From Mobula hypostoma (Eukaryota), in contig NC_086097.1 in the NCBI RefSeq assembly GCF_963921235.1, forward strand, positions 205,842,001-205,906,000: a stretch of 64,000 nucleotides of DNA, written 5' to 3'. The notes below the pieces were generated by a model, which was not told the origin of the DNA, searched no databases, and was given only the letters and a program-made list of their open reading frames with translations. Numbering within the stretch: position 1 is the stretch's first letter; each line of letters starts with the position of its first letter. Both the position numbers and the translations under genes were made by a program. Below are positions 1 through 14,530 of the stretch, in pieces.

Positions 1-320
1 GTAACGTATGCAACATGTTTTTACATGAACAAGTAGATCTGGAGTAAATAGGAACAGAGTAATTGCAACCATATTTCTGAATACATCTGCCTCCTCATTT
101 CTCAGTAGGGGCTTTGTTTTCTCCAGCATTTTGTCCACAATCAAACTCCCCGAGATAGCCATCAATGCTGCAGTCAGATTTGCAGCCTCATTGATTTTAA
201 CATGACAGATTCTATTTACACACAGAACAAACGGGTTTTATCAACCCGTTTCTCCTGAAACTCTGTAACCTGTAGCCTCAGATGCGTCCTTTCTGCTGTG
301 ACTACTTTACCGATTGAAGT

Positions 321-1143
321 CAGGCTGAGTACAGGGCTATGGTAAGAAACTTTGTCACATGGTGTGAGCAGAATTATCTGCAGATTAATGTGAAAAAGAC
401 TAAGGAGCTGGTGGTAGACTTGAGGAGAGCTAAGGTACCGCTGACCCCTGTTTCCATCCAGGGGGTCAGTGTGGACATGGTGGAGGATTACAAATACCAG
501 GGGATATGAATTGACAATAAACTGGACTGGTCAAAGAACACTGAGGCTGTCTACAAGAAGGGTCAGAGCCACCTCTATTTCCTGAGGAGACTGAGGTCCT
601 TTAACATCTGCCAGACGATGCTGAGGATGTTCTACGAGTCTGTGGTGGCCAGTGCTATCATGTTTGCTGTTGTGTGCTGGGGCAGCAGGCTGAGGGTAGC
701 AGACACCAACAGAATCAACAAACTCATTCGTAAGGCCAGTGATGTTGTGGGGATGGAACTGGACTCTCTCACAGTGGTGTCTGAAAAGAGGATGCTGTCT
801 AAGTTGCACGCCATCTTGGTCAATGTCTCCCATCCACTACATAATGTACTGGGTGGGCACAGGAGTACATTCAGCCAGAAACTCATTCCACCGAGATGCA
901 GCACAGAGCGTCATTGGAAGTCATTCCTGCCTGTGGCCATCAAACTTTACAACTCTTCCCTTGGAGGATCAGACACTCTGAGCCAATAGGCTGGTCGTGG
1001 ACTTATTTCATAATTTACTGGCATAATTCACATATTACTATTTAACTATTTATGGTTTTATTACTATTTATTATTTATGGTCCAACTGTAACAAAAACCA
1101 ATTTCCCCCGGGATCAATAAAGTATGACTATGACTATGACTAT
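321..1143 (+). mobile_element. Rex1/Babar-type LINE, 5'-truncated 3' fragment
   Basis: Encodes late RT and C-terminal region (INVKKTKELVVD; ORF 618-989 FYESVVASAIMFAVVCWG...SHPLH...SFLPVAIKLYN); ends AATAAA then a (TATGAC)n tail. Confidence 0.85.
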
Positions 1144-1277
1144 GCAGTCACTTTCAACTTCCTGGTCTCAAGATTTTGGCAGGCAAAGCAGACACATGCT
1201 TTTGATTCTGGTACAGGCTTCCTGAAAGAGCAAACATTCAAAACCCACTTTTGTATCTTTACAGGTACCAAATTAAA

Positions 1278-1620
1278 CTTCAAAGTTCAAAGAAAATTTC
1301 TTATCAAAGTACATAGAGTATATGTCATCACTTACTATCCTGAGATTCTTCTTTTTTGCAGCCATTCACAGGAGACGAAAGAAACAATAAAATCAGTGAA
1401 AATCTGCACACAAAGATAGAGAAACTACCAATGTGCCAAGGAAGACAAATACAACAAATCAATAAACTTGAGAACATGATTTGTAGAGTCCTTGAAAGTG
1501 GTGGAATAGGTTGTGGAATCAGTTCTGTGTTGAGGTGAGTGAAGTTATCCACGCTGGTTCAGGTGCAGATGGTTGAAACGTATTAGCTGTTCCTAGAGCT
1601 GGTGATGTGGGATCCTGTTA
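1278..1620 (-). mobile_element. Degraded LINE 3' UTR fragment (Rex1-like)
   Basis: Reverse complement resembles the 3' end at ~11090-11310 (tail TTTGAACTTTGAA, aatctcaggat motif); boundaries approximate. Confidence 0.45.
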
Positions 1621-1688
1621 AGGCTATGAACACCAGCATCCCAGGAGTGCTTGGCTTCATTCCTGGAGGGTCACTGTGACCACACAGA

Positions 1689-2147
1689 GCATAAAGCATA
1701 GAAATCTATAGCACATTACAGGCCCTTTAGCCCACAATGTTGTGCTGGCCATGTAACCTAGTCTAGAAACTGCCTGTAATTTCCCTATCGCATAACCCTC
1801 TATTTTTCTAAGCTCAATGTATCTATCTAAGAATCTCTTAAAAGACCCTGATGTATCCGCCTCTACCGCTATCACTGGCAGTGCATTCCACGCACCCACC
1901 ACACTCTGCGTGTGGAAAAACTTACCTCTAACATCCCCCTTGTACCTACTTCCAAGCAACTTAAAATTATGCTCCCTTATGTTAGCCACTTCAGCCCTGG
2001 GAAAAAGTCTCTGGCTCCACACAATCAATGCCTCTCAACATCTTATACATTTCTATCAGGTCATCTCTCATTCTCCGTCGCTCCCAGGAGAAAAGGCCAA
2101 GTTCACGCAACCTATTCTCATAAGCCATGCACTCCAATCCAGGCAAC
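1689..2147 (-). mobile_element. CR1 LINE 3' fragment
   Basis: ORF 1657-2028(-) has the CR1 ORF2 C-terminus (GDVRGKFF..VVGAWNALP...FKRFLDRY) followed by a CR1 3' UTR like that of the 31095-35260 copy. Confidence 0.85.
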
Positions 2148-2966
2148 GACATGCCAAATATATCTGTTGTCTGTGGGCATTATCCTTCACCAGCCTATCG
2201 GGTTGTTCTGACTCCCTGGGAGCATTTTTCCACCTCCTTCTCATCATTGTGCATTCATTCACACTCAGTCCCTTGGAGCTGGCAGAATTCTGTTTGCATT
2301 GTGTATGTCACTTTAAAAGCTGACAGCATTGCTAACACCTTCTGTGCTCCAAGCTAAGAAAGTGTGATAAATGGAAACATGTTCATAAGGGAATGCCTAT
2401 ATTGAAACCAGCTGTCTCAGTACCACCATGATGTTACACAGGGAGCCCAACAGTGTCGTGCTGTGAACAGAACAAATGGATTCCTGAATCTTATATATTA
2501 TTCACAGACATTAGGGTGACCTAACTTGTTCCATTGCCTAAAATGGCAAAGCAATTTCTTATGCTACTCAACAGCAGGTTCATACAATGTGCCAAGTTGA
2601 AATCACCTAAACTTATTTGAAAGGCCTAATCTACTTCTGGAACAATGAGAAAATCTTTAATAGATAATTCTTTATTTAACCTCCTAGCAAGACATGAAAT
2701 CACAGGTAAATGATTCAAATCTGTCAGACTTCACTGATTGTATTCTATAAATGGCATTTCAGTGGCACTGGAGTAAGCGTTATCTAAAGTGTATTTGCTT
2801 ATAAAATTAATGAGAAATATGTTCTCAGTGTTATCAGGAGGGAGAGAAGTGTACCTATTTAGCTCTGAACCCTCTTTAATAATATCAATGATCCTTTGCT
2901 AGGCAAGACAAAATTATACAGGATTAGTGGGCATACACATTATTTATGATAGCTTGAATTATTTTA

Positions 2967-3940
2967 AGACCAGTAGATCATACGGTGCAGAATTAGGGCA
3001 ATTGGCCCATTGAGTCTGCTCTGCCATTTCATGATAGCTGATCCATTTTTCCCCTCAGCCCCAGTCTCCTGCCTTAATACCATGCCCTCCTCCAACCCCC
3101 GCACCCCCCAATATCCCTTCATGCCCTGATAAATCAAGTATCCATCAAAACTTTGCCTTAACTAAATGTAAAGTCTTGGCCTCCATAGACACCTGTGGCA
3201 ATGAATTCCACAGATTCATCACTCTCTGGCTAAAGAAATTCCTCCTCTTCATTCGAAAAGGATGCTGCTCTGTTCTGAGGCTGTATCCTCTGGACTTAGA
3301 CTCTCCCACCATAAGATACATCCTTTCCACATCCACTCTATCAAGGCCTTTCACCATTTGATAGGTTTCAATTAGGTCACCCCTCATTCTTCTGAATTCC
3401 AGTGAATACAGGCCGAAAACCATCAAATGCTCTTCTTACGACAAGCCATTCAATCCCAGAATCATTTTCGTGAATCTCCTTTGAACCCTATCCAGTTTCA
3501 GCACAATCTTTCTAAGATAAGGGGCTCAAAACTGTTCACAATACTCCAAGTGAGGCCTCACTAGTGCTTTATAAAGTTTCAACATTACATCCTTGCTTTT
3601 ATATCCTTGTCCTCTTGAAATGAATGCTAACATCACATTAGCCTTCACCACAGACTCAACTTGCAAATTAATCGTTAGGGAATCCTGCATGAGGACTCCC
3701 AAGACCTTAGATTTTTGAATTTTCTCTTCATTTAGAAAATAGTCCACCCTTTCATTTCTCTACCAAAGTGCATGACCATATACTTCCCAACACTGTATAC
3801 CATCAGCAACTTCTTTTCCCATTTTCCTAATCTGTCTAAGTCCTTCTGTAGCCTCTCACCTTCCTGAAATTTATGGTACCTGCCCCTCTCACCTTCCTGA
3901 AATCTACAGTACCTGCCCCTCCACCTAACTTCATATCATG
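2967..3940 (-). mobile_element. CR1 LINE 3' fragment
   Basis: ORFs 3145-3426 (LYSLEFRRMRGDLIETY, FFSQRVMNLWNSLP) and 3526-3747 (LYKALVRPHLEYC) are the CR1 ORF2 C-terminus. Confidence 0.85.
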
Positions 3941-5119
3941 TACTGGGTTAGTATTATTGATGGGAGAATAATTTGAATGATTTAATCCTGTTTCTTTTAA
4001 TTTCAGATCATTAGTTTTTATCATTGAGACATACAGTTTAAGAAAACAAGTACATTACAAACAGAAAGAGGTTTAGTAATTTGCCCACTGATTCCTTCTC
4101 TGCCACTCATTAAGATCATGATTGATCCATTTAGCATCACTCTCGTGCACAAACCCCTATATCCCTTGATTCTCTTTGTATTTTATATATATGTATACAT
4201 AGACACACAAAAAATTGGATTATATATAGCATATATTCCAAAGGTTCAAATGTTTATTATTGAAATAGACCTGCAGAATACAACTCCGAGATTTGTCTTC
4301 TCCAGATCCATAAAATACAGAAAAACCATAGAAGAAGTTGTAAGAAAGACATCAATCCTCCCCTTGCCCTCTAGTACTCCCCTCCCCCGCATGAAAAGGA
4401 AGGAAACAAAAACTTGCAAACACTAAAACCGCCCCAACCCCTCCCTCACACAAAAACTAACAGATCACCCACATGGAGAAGAAACATGAACATTAAACGC
4501 CAAAACCCCCAGCCTGCCAATCAGCAATAAGAAAGAATGGGTGAAAACATGAAAAAGAACAGAACTGAAAGAGGCCAATATGAACTACAGTTTGAAGTAC
4601 AGCCCAATCCATAAATCTCCGAATTTTGACAACCTCTCCAAGAGCAACGGGACCCAGCGGCCTCTCCAGGCGTAAGACTCAAAACAGCAGCCTCTCTGAG
4701 GGAAGTGACATGAACTGCGAGGGTAGCGATTCAAGTCTGTGGCCCCTCCGAGGCAGCAACTCGAACCCAGCGGCCTATTCGAGAACTACTCGCTGTCCTC
4801 TGCATTTTCCTAAACGCTTCAATCTCCCTTGACACTTCAATTTGCAAGAAATATAGTCGATCATGGCCTCTCGATTTGTCGCTGAGCTTCTCCTCATGGT
4901 AACTCTTTCTCAGATTTCCCTCCTGGTGTTTTCTTGCTAGCTCACTCGACTGAACTACAGACTGCAAGTCACACGCTTCAACAGTTTCAAAAACAAAACT
5001 AAGATAAAAAGAATAAGTCCAAGACACAGAAAAACTGAAATGATTGACTATCTGGAAGCTGTCACCAAAGGAATCATTGTTGCTTCGTGACCAGAAGTTC
5101 CAACCATCTATGTCTACGT

Positions 5120-5216
5120 GGACACGAGGAAATCTGCAGATGCTGGAATTTCAAGCAACACATATAAAAGTTGCTGCCTGGCCTGTTGCGTCCACCAGCA
5201 ACTTTCATGTGTGTTG
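5120..5216. mobile_element. Palindromic Penelope-terminus mini-insertion
   Basis: Two inverted pieces matching the Penelope 3' end at ~25115-25195; flanked by CTATGTCTAYGT at 5108-5119 and 5217-5228. Confidence 0.75.
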
Positions 5217-8200
5217 CTATGTCTATGTCGCATCCTTTCAGTCCTTGGAGTGAAAGGGTGCCACAGCAACCTTATCTTAACACCAATATGTTATGCACTT
5301 TCCCTTAATAACAAAAGTACTGTGGTGGAAAAATAACATTAAAGTTTTACCATGAGATTGAACCCTGGCTCTTTTGAAATGTGCAAAACTAACACATATA
5401 CAAATGGTATGAAATCAGCTAAAGATGGGACTGAAATAATCATGGTGTCTGAATAAACCTGATGGTCAACCATCACAAACAGTGGAAACTAATTGTCATT
5501 CAAATCAGTCATGGTTTGAAACATCTGAACTAGAAAATGAATAATAGTTCAGAGAAAGTTGTGACATACTCTGCAGTGCCATGTTCAAAATGACACTGTT
5601 TCCAAGACAATGGAGTGATATTCATATGCTAAAAAGCTACAAGGTTTGTTTCCAGTATCAAGTACTTATAAAAAATAGATCAGGAGTGGGTAGGAAGTTG
5701 CTGGGAGGTATGGAAAAACATCGTAGATAATGGAATGAAAAATGAATAATCTATTGTAAAATACTGAAGAAGATCAATTCAATCTGGTGTAAAGGGTGAA
5801 GTCTGAACATGTTAAATTGAAGTCCTGATGCTTCAGTAAAATCCTACGATGATCAGATTTTTAAATACTTTTCAGATGTAATAACTAACAGAGTACCGCT
5901 CTTTTGAGTTCTGTCCTGATTTATCCTCACTACAAATCCTTGGTATACAATGAATACCTGATGAGGTTTATAAGGGCACATGTTTTGCCCATTATACAGT
6001 ATGAATATTAAATTCAGCCATCACCAGGCAGTGTAATGCAGGCACAGTAGTGGAAAACATACCTGTTATTATAATGAGCCTTTAGTTGCCTTGTGTGGAA
6101 CTACAAATAAAAACAGAAACCTGCTAATGTTACCACAGCATGTAACATGAGAAAACCCGCCACTTCAGAGTTCTGAGGTAATTTAAAAGTAATTGGTGGA
6201 GGCAAATCTCTCGCTATGCTTCAGCACATTAGCTTGCTCAGTTTAGTGCTGTTGAAAGGAAAATAAAGATTGACTATGCTGGAAGTACTCAGTGAGTCAG
6301 AAAGCTTCTGTAGAGAAATAAAGAGTTAGGATTTTCAGATTGATGATTTTTCTTCAGCATTCAAATGTTTCTGACATTTTCAGTTTTACTCCAAATTCCC
6401 AACATCTACAGTTTTCATTTGCTTTTTGAGAGACTAATAATCTGTCCAAAGGTTCAGAGTAAATGTGGCTAAAATTATTAAAGAAGCAAAAATTATAAAT
6501 ACACATGAAGTGATAATACACTTATGGTGTTAAAACTCGTCGGGATTTTAACTAGTTTCAATTCCTTTTAAAGAAGTAATAATTTTTTGGCAAGAACTTG
6601 ACATGATGCGAGATCACAAATATCATAGTCACAAGATAATTGCTGAAAGGGGCCATTTCATATTGTTTATCCAACTGCACCACAAAGTCTCTTCAATTTA
6701 AACCCTTAAATGATTCCAGTGTTTTATTTTAATTCCGATGGGAAGCTTATCAAATGTAATCAATATTTTTTTTAAAGGACTTCCTAATAACAGTTCAAAT
6801 TTGTCCTCATTAGTTGTAACCCTTAGCAACGTGTCTTGGCCTTTATCTCCAGGTTATTGTTACAAATTTTAAAAAGCAGTGAGCCAAACATCAGTCTCTA
6901 GTGTAAAGTCACAGCAGCCTTTCCCCAGCCTCATTTATACCTTCCTCTTTCCCACAACCCTGATTAAAACCATTTGTTTCAAAACTTTTGCTAATATTGC
7001 ATGCTAAGGCATGCCCCACCTTTGAGCTTTTCATATGGTCCGCTCTGTGAACTTAATCAAACATCTGCAAATTAAATACAATGTGTATTAAATTGATTAC
7101 TATAGTTTACTGGGGAGTTAAGAGAAAGGTTAATAGCTCTATGAAACTAAATAGTTACACTCATGAATATGAACATTGCATTGATTTATTTCCAGATTAC
7201 TAGTCTCCTCTGTATAGTTACTCCTTGATAATGATTGACAATGCTTCACAAATTATTACCTTAACTCTTCTCTGTGACCCACCATTCCACATAAAACACA
7301 TTAACATAATGCATTTTGCCTTGGATAAGTCTGTTAGAGGACAATGTGTTAATTTTACTCTCTCTGGTGATGAATTTGTTCATAATTCTATTTAATAATT
7401 ACCATATAACTGATTTTTCTAACGTTTGACCCACTTCTTCACTATGTTTTCAGTTTCATATGTGTACATTATTAAATGAAAGAAAAATTTGCTATTAAGG
7501 GTGCAATTCAAACCTTCAAAATGTACCTGAGATAAAACAGAGAAAAACCTTTCATATGTAATAGCCTTGTGTTAAGATGTGTTTTTTTAAGCCATAGGAA
7601 AGGTCCACGAAGACTGGAGAATAGCCAATGTTGTTCTTTCATTAAGGAAGTACAACAGGGACAAGTGAGGAAATTTGAGGCTAGTGAGACTGACATCTGC
7701 TAAAGGGTGTGTTAACTGAAGAAATTACTTCTTCTCCACATTGATTATATTAATGGTCTCAGCTGAACATACTAGATGGCTTTATGCTTAGAGGAATGTT
7801 AACTAAAGAGACCATAAAACACAGGAGCAGAATCAGGCCGATCAGCCCACTGTTTGTTCTGCAGAAAATAATCTTTCCTCATTGATTCCATTAATGGTAT
7901 TGTAACTGTATGCTCAATTAGGTACCCATTTTCTTTAACTAGCTCTTGTTTAGATATAGTTAGAATTATATTATCTAAGCACACCAGTTTTAGATGCTAG
8001 TAGAATGTTTTGCTGAGCCAGATTTAAGAGGGGTCTCTCAGAGCATATTAGCAAATGTTATTGTTGCATAATTAGGTTTAAAGCTAATTTGTCAATATAA
8101 CAAATGCAGCATGGGTGACAATTGTATGCTATAACTAGATGTAAGAACTAAGCACAGGAAGGACCAAGAAGGAAAGTTAATTAATGTTGGTGAGGTCAAT

Positions 8201-8649
8201 GCCAAGTTAAAGTGGAAGAGATGTAAAAAGAAATAATGAACATCATATTGGGAGTGTATAATAAAGAGAGGGAAAGGAAAAGTAATGAAATGGTTAAAAT
8301 GAAAGGGATTACAGAAAACATCAGAGGACAAAGGGAGTAAAAGAATATTGGGATCAAGGGCCTATAACTTGGAGGGATAACGCTATAGAGAATTGTGTAG
8401 CAGATTATAATGAGTTTATATTGCTTATGCGTAACTATAGAGCATATAGCATATAGCTGGAGAGCAACAGGCAACAATAGTAGAAAAAGTAAAGGCTTGT
8501 CGAGAAGTGAGACTTGTACCCTGTGCTATTACGCATTCAAGAATGGAAAAGATAAAAGTCAGGGAAGCAGCATTTTTGTTCAAATTTTCTTTTATAAAAC
8601 CAGAAAGATAGTATCTACTTCAGTGTTCAAGGAAAGATTCCAATTAAAA

Positions 8650-9560
8650 TGAAGAAATGGCAATGTGTCTGCTCTGTTACTGAGATTGGTCCAAAGAGTC
8701 ACAAGAAAGTGTGAAGGAGACCGAAGCAAATTTGAAGAAAAATTTATTCAAGGAAGTTTAGAGCAGTGAAAATGAAAGGAAGACATTGATCATCATGATG
8801 GAGAGTGAAACTAATTTGAGAAGTGGCTGGACAAAAACTTGAAACAAGGCATAGAAGGCTACAAGATACAGATAAATAGGATCAAGGTAAATCAGTGCAA
8901 TATTCAGTATGGAATTTGTGGGTTAAAAGGTCAGTTTCTGTGCTGTGTGACTCTGATTCTAAATAGGGAAAGAACTGTTGAATGTGTGGAAAAGAACTTA
9001 GTAAACTGTTATATTTCTAGTCTAGTGTGAATGGAAGTGAGGTTGGACCTAATCGTGGAGAATAACGTCAAACTGTAGTGTGTATGTGAAGATTTGGGAA
9101 GTGATAACCACCATGCCTTTTGCACGTAAACATGTTAGCAAAAAGAACAAGAAGTTAATGTGAAAGGCTTCAAATAGAGAAGGACTAATTTCAGTGAGTT
9201 AATAAGGGATCTGAAGCAGGTGGCATGAAACTACAGACTGAAAACATAGCCTGGCGGGGTGGGAGGGGCAACTAAAGTTGAAGTCTTATTGATGAGTGAA
9301 TTTATAGAAATTAATGAGAATCAGAAAAAGGTGGCTGATGATACGTAAAAAGTTTCTAATGTAGTCTCCACCCCCCCCCCAGAAGTGGTCAAAAAAAAGA
9401 GAGAGGGGATTAAGAAGGGTGAAAAAAGTATCGACCAGATTAACAAATGATATGGCAAGATCACAAAAGTGAAAGATGAAAAGATAGGTAATCTTCTGGA
9501 GCTATTAAGCTACTAAGTACATGCCTTGATCTGTCTCATGAAAGAACATGATGCTTAAAA
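8650..9560 (+). mobile_element. Old, highly degraded CR1-like ORF2 remnant
   Basis: Purine-rich sequence with traces of endonuclease motifs (ttggacctaat = LDL; ttgggaagtgataaccac resembling LGxSDH); no intact ORF; boundaries approximate. Confidence 0.4.
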
Positions 9561-10100
9561 TGTCATAAAGAAAAAAACTATTGGCTTAACAGGATGGGGT
9601 AAAAAAAATAGCACTTAACTTCTATTTAAGCATCTTATTAAGGTTGCTGCAGAAAGGACACTCTCAGCAATGCAACTGCTAATAGGATGGGTGACAACCC
9701 TCCCTATACCTCAATAAACATACTCTCAGAAGGTGATATCTGAGTTGAAGCTGTGGAGAATAAAATCTAATGAATGCCATATGATGCTCACTACAGCAAT
9801 GCTTTTCTGAATTTATTCTCTTAATATTAGATACTGGTGTGATCTTCCAATACACTTTATCTTGCTATTCAAAATGAAAAAAATTGAAAGCAGGTATAGA
9901 AGTACATTGGAGATGCATTTTTATTTATATCTTTGCTATAATGCTTCAGTTACTTGTTTTCTTTATCTTTTCCTTTTGTATTATTCTGTCATGTATCCTG
10001 TGCCACCAAGAACTGGTAAATAATTTTGCAACCTAATCTGGGGTCTTCTTCAGAGGAGGACAAAATAAATACATAAACAAATATAAATTTAGAAAAAAAT

Positions 10101-10120
10101 ACACACACACACACACACAC
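10101..10120. repeat. (AC)10 microsatellite
   Basis: Directly visible. Confidence 0.95.
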
Positions 10121-11089
10121 GCATACATAATAGTAGATTAGCAACTGATATGGAGCATCTCAAAAATAAAACACAGCAAGGTAAATAATCTTCAATAAGA
10201 TCTAGGCATCCTTATGATACCTCTCTTAATAAAAGGTATAAATTCAAGGGTGACATAAAGCTGTTTCACTTCATTTACATTTCTCTTTGAAATATCATAA
10301 CCTCCCCAACTTAAAATCCAGGTATCCTCTGAACATTTCTCTTGGTTCAACCGGACTTGGCTGAAGAAAGTATTATCATTCCCAGTGTAAAATCATCCAT
10401 TTACTTTCCAGAAATAAGATTTTTTTTGCCAATTTAAATGTATGATCTACATAAATTTGATCCCTACTCCTTAAGTATCAAGGGTGTTAAAATGACTTTA
10501 TACTCCCTTATCTCACTGTACAGAATACCAGGCCACTGACATTCATTATACTGGGCTGGATTTTGTAGTAGTTGGTGACCTACTTGAACTCATTAGTTTC
10601 CTGCCCTCAGACTGAGCTGCTGCTTCCAGCGTGCCCCCATGTGCAGTCTTTTGACAGGAAGCAATCTGCCCGCTCATTGGGGAAATCCTGTACTGTGCAA
10701 GGTCTCACCAAGTGCAAGTGTATGGCTTCACCCTGAATGACCTTTGACAATAAGTGAGGGCCTGTCCCCAGTAGAATCACCAACCATCAAAAGCTGATGC
10801 TGGTCTGTGACTTGATACATAAGCGAGCAAGTGCATTTTTACAAGTCTGATTGAAATGGCCACAGGAGATTGGCTGGATTAGAGAAAGAGAAGAAAGTGT
10901 GTAGATGTTATAAAAACAATGGCAATAGTGGGAGGTGTACATACTGTATTCTGAAGAAAATCTCTCTCCAAGAATTGTAATGTCATCTTGGTTTGCTTGG
11001 TCTTGAACGGTTTACAGTCAAAGTGTAAGAGCTTCTCACACAATTATACATTAGCTGATATTCATGATAATTCTTCATAAATACCAATA

Positions 11090-11310
11090 ATTTCTTGTTA
11101 CTTGTTTTTTTTATAATCGTGTTGTTGCTTGCTTTATTGTTTGCATTATTTGCTTTTTTTTGCTCTCTCTGCACATTGGGTGTTGGTCTTTTTTTTAAAC
11201 TGGGTTCTTTCAGGTTTTTTTGTTTTGTGGCTGCCTGTAAGCACAGGAATCTCAAGGATGTATAATTTATACAAACTTTGATAATATGTAAATATACTTT
11301 GAAATTTGAA
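11090..11310 (+). mobile_element. LINE 3' UTR fragment (Rex1-like)
   Basis: T-rich UTR ending ctttgaaatttgaac; similar to the reverse complement of 1278-1420. Confidence 0.45.
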
Positions 11311-11736
11311 CGTGAACTTTCAATAATTGACCCAGCCAGCATTTAGAAATGGAGTCATGAATTTCAGAGAGGACTAGTGTTAGAAAAAGGGAGGCACAAT
11401 AATGGGAATTTTGCATGATGGATAGGCTCTCTGAACATTTCAGAGTGGTCAGCCAAGGTATGAGAACTTGTGTGATCCAGGGCCAGTATGTATCGATTCG
11501 AAGAGCTCATGTTGGACAAATAGCATTCAGAGAAAAATAAAGATCTTGGTTTTAATTAGCTGATCTAAGCTGAAATAACAAAGAAAGCTCTAAAATTGTC
11601 TTAATCTTTTCTATGTTAGGTACAAAGCAATAAATGTGGTGCCAATTTCTGTTAAGTATTTATAAAGGGATAACCAACAACAAAGTGAATATTTATCACT
11701 GGGGGAGCTTTCGGAAAGTAGTCTAATGTCTTAGAA

Positions 11737-11903
11737 TCACACAAAAAGTGCTGGAGGAACTCAGCAGGCCAGGCAGCATCGATGGAAAGCTGCAACATTG
11801 ACTGTACTCTTTTACATAGATGCTGCCTAGCCTGCTGAGCTCTTCCAGTATTTTGTGTGTTTTGCTTGGATTTCCAACATCTGTAGATTTTCTCCGGTTT
11901 GCG
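11737..11903. mobile_element. Palindromic Penelope-terminus mini-insertion (older subfamily)
   Basis: Arms cacacaaaaagtgctggaggaactcagcaggccaggcagcatc / gatgctgcctagcctgctgagctcttccagtattttgtgtg; TSD ATGTYTTAGAA at 11726-11736 and 11904-11914. Confidence 0.75.
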
Positions 11904-14259
11904 ATGTTTTAGAAGATAATCCCCAGCAGGAAACAGTGTCGCAAGGTGATTGAAATTGTTAGAATGGACAGCTGCACCCTTTTTTCTCTCTCCCCAATCC
12001 AGCCAGTCTCCCTTATCTGAGCTGAGCCTTCTTGTTAAGGTACCAGTCATATTGCAGAGTCCGATACCTGGAAACATCCTTAGATACCAGCAAAGTGATT
12101 CTATTGTTCCTTAGCATGTGCTGAGCAGAAAAGATGGTGTGGAAACAGTCATATGTGTGTCTCCTGTGAAAATCTGCAAATGTGTTAAAGAAAATAAAAA
12201 ATATTGTGTATACTTTATGTAAGAAATTTTAGGAAATGAAACAGAAAAAAAATTAACATCTTAAAACAGTTTTATAGCCAAATCATAGAAGTTCTCAAGG
12301 ATATCATTTCCCGTCTCCCTTGCTAAAATGGGCGAGTAATGCGAACAGAATCCGCCATCAATGCTGCATATACATGACATCTTGTATTCTAAAGACTCCA
12401 TTAAAGTCTATTAATTTTGCCCATTATTGCTAATAGTGCATGTCAAATTGCTACTATATTTTCAGGAAAACATTGGAAGAAACAAAAAACAATCAGTTTT
12501 GTTGGTATGCTTGATCATTGTAACAGCAAGGCCCATTGCTAAGTGAACATATTAGATGTCTGAAGATAAAGGGTCTAAAGCACAATTAGATCTTTGGTCA
12601 GCAAATAGATCTAAAGGTTCTAAGTATTATACTTATGCTTAGTCATAACTTATAATCTATCGATATTAAAGGCAGATCATTTTGTTCCATGGTATCCCTC
12701 AGATCTATCACTCACATGACAGAATTAAACTACAGCACATGCCTCAGGCATAAACATGGCTGTTTTGTTATATATGATGTTTTTAAAGTAGGCTTCAAAT
12801 CACTCACATAATCAAAACACTTGGATCAGCATACAGGCACAATCAATATCAGATGTAACTGATTGAGTCCAAGGCCTGTGAACCACAGCAACTATGTATT
12901 CAGTCATTTTCTATTTTCCTATCCGGCACAATGGTGTAAAATGTCTCATAGATGGATAATTCCTACTCCACACACTATTAAGTATAACATTAATAATTCA
13001 ACAGGGTCCTCCACTTCTGAGATCTCATTTTGACTTTAGTACTGTCTCACTGTGTAAAGGCTAATGATAATGATGCTTAAACTGTAACAAATAAAACCCT
13101 ACCCAATAGCAAAATCAGGTCACCTTTTGATATTAATAGGTATTTAACTGGGACTCACATTTGGGGTGACAATAATCACTGGTGTCACCTGTGCAATCAC
13201 TGGACTGATGCACCCGGCTGTTGTGACAAATACTACAGCTGAAACAGAATGGGAGTTACATACTGTGAGGAATCTTTCAACATTCATTCTGTTGGTTGCT
13301 TTGCAGAAAGGAGGAAAAAAAACAGCAAATTTCTAGAACTAGTGTCTTGCTGCTGAGAAGAATGGAAAAAAAATTGTATGATTCTTTATGCATAATTGAT
13401 TCTCTATTGTTGTCATACTTGGGCAATGGTACATTTTTGTAAGAAGTCTCACCTAAATTTTCAATTAGTTAAATGCAGGGTACAAATTGAATTCATTACA
13501 GAACAAAAGGTCACTTGCACTATACTATTTAACTGGATTGCATGTGTCTGACAGATGAGATCTACAGTGGCATGCAGAAGTTTGGGCAGCCCTGGTCAAA
13601 ATTTCTGTTACTGTGAATAGCTAAGCGAGCAAAAAAATGACCTGATTTCCAAAAGGCATAAAGTTAAAGATGACACATTTCCTTAATATTTTAAGCAAGG
13701 TTACTTCTTTCATTTCCATCTTTTACAGTTTCAAAACAACAAAAAAGGAAAAGGGCCCGAAGCAAAAGTTTGGGCACCCTGCATAGTCAGTACTTCGTAG
13801 CACCCCCTTTGGCAAGTATCACAGCCTGTAAACGCTTTCTGTAGCCAGCAAAAAGTCTTTCAATTCTTGTTTGGGGGATTTTTGCCAATTCTTCCTTGAA
13901 AAAGGCTTCTAGTTCTGTAAGATTCTTGGGCCGTCTTGCATGCAGTGCTCTTTTGAAGTCTATCCACACGTTTTCGATGATGGTTTAGGTTGGGGGTAGT
14001 GGCTCCATATGTCACTACTACAGGGCGTGACGACCCTGCCTTACACGAGTCCCGGGCTCAGCTGGCTCCGGCTGACAGTACCTGGTATGGGCCCCTATCC
14101 AGGGTTACAGATCCCACTGCCTTGTGGGTATCTTCGGGAGAAGAGAAGGCTAAGGAGTAAACCCTACACAAATCCGGAATGGAGCCCCTAGGCGGTTGGA
14201 TGACGTATCACGTCACCTCTCGGCAGCTCCTGCAGCCGAGCTGATGCCAAATGTACTAC

Positions 14260-14530
14260 TGTAGCGGTGTGCTACACACAGCGCTAGAATAAACACACGG
14301 AGTCGGTGAGTTCGAGTTTATTCAAACTTCGCGGCCTGTTTTAAAGCCTTCCCGTTCCCGCCCTCCCTGGGGTGGGATTGCTGTGGGGAATGCATATTTC
14401 CAGACCCTTTCCGCGCGCGGGATTTTCACCCAGCTGGTGAAGATGGCCTGGCGCCCTTTTTGGGGCCGGTCCTCTGCCTGCGTGCGCTGTTGTGAGCCGG
14501 TTCGTGTGTGCTAGAAAGTGGGTCACCACA
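14260..14530 (-). repeat. Gypsy 3' LTR (271 bp)
   Basis: Direct repeat of 18338-18623 with about 17 substitutions (counted by eye) and a 15-nt deletion; preceded on the minus strand by the purine tract GGTGGGGTTA (14531-14540). Confidence 0.95.

Noticed and set aside
229..251. 9-bp perfect hairpin AAACGGGTT-TTATC-AACCCGTTT as a terminator or RNA element
   Set aside because: Short; intrinsic terminators are not relevant in this genome and such stems arise by chance in 64 kb
158..12368. Shared 15-mer GCCATCAATGCTGCA at ~158 and ~12354
   Set aside because: No extension of similarity on either side; compatible with chance
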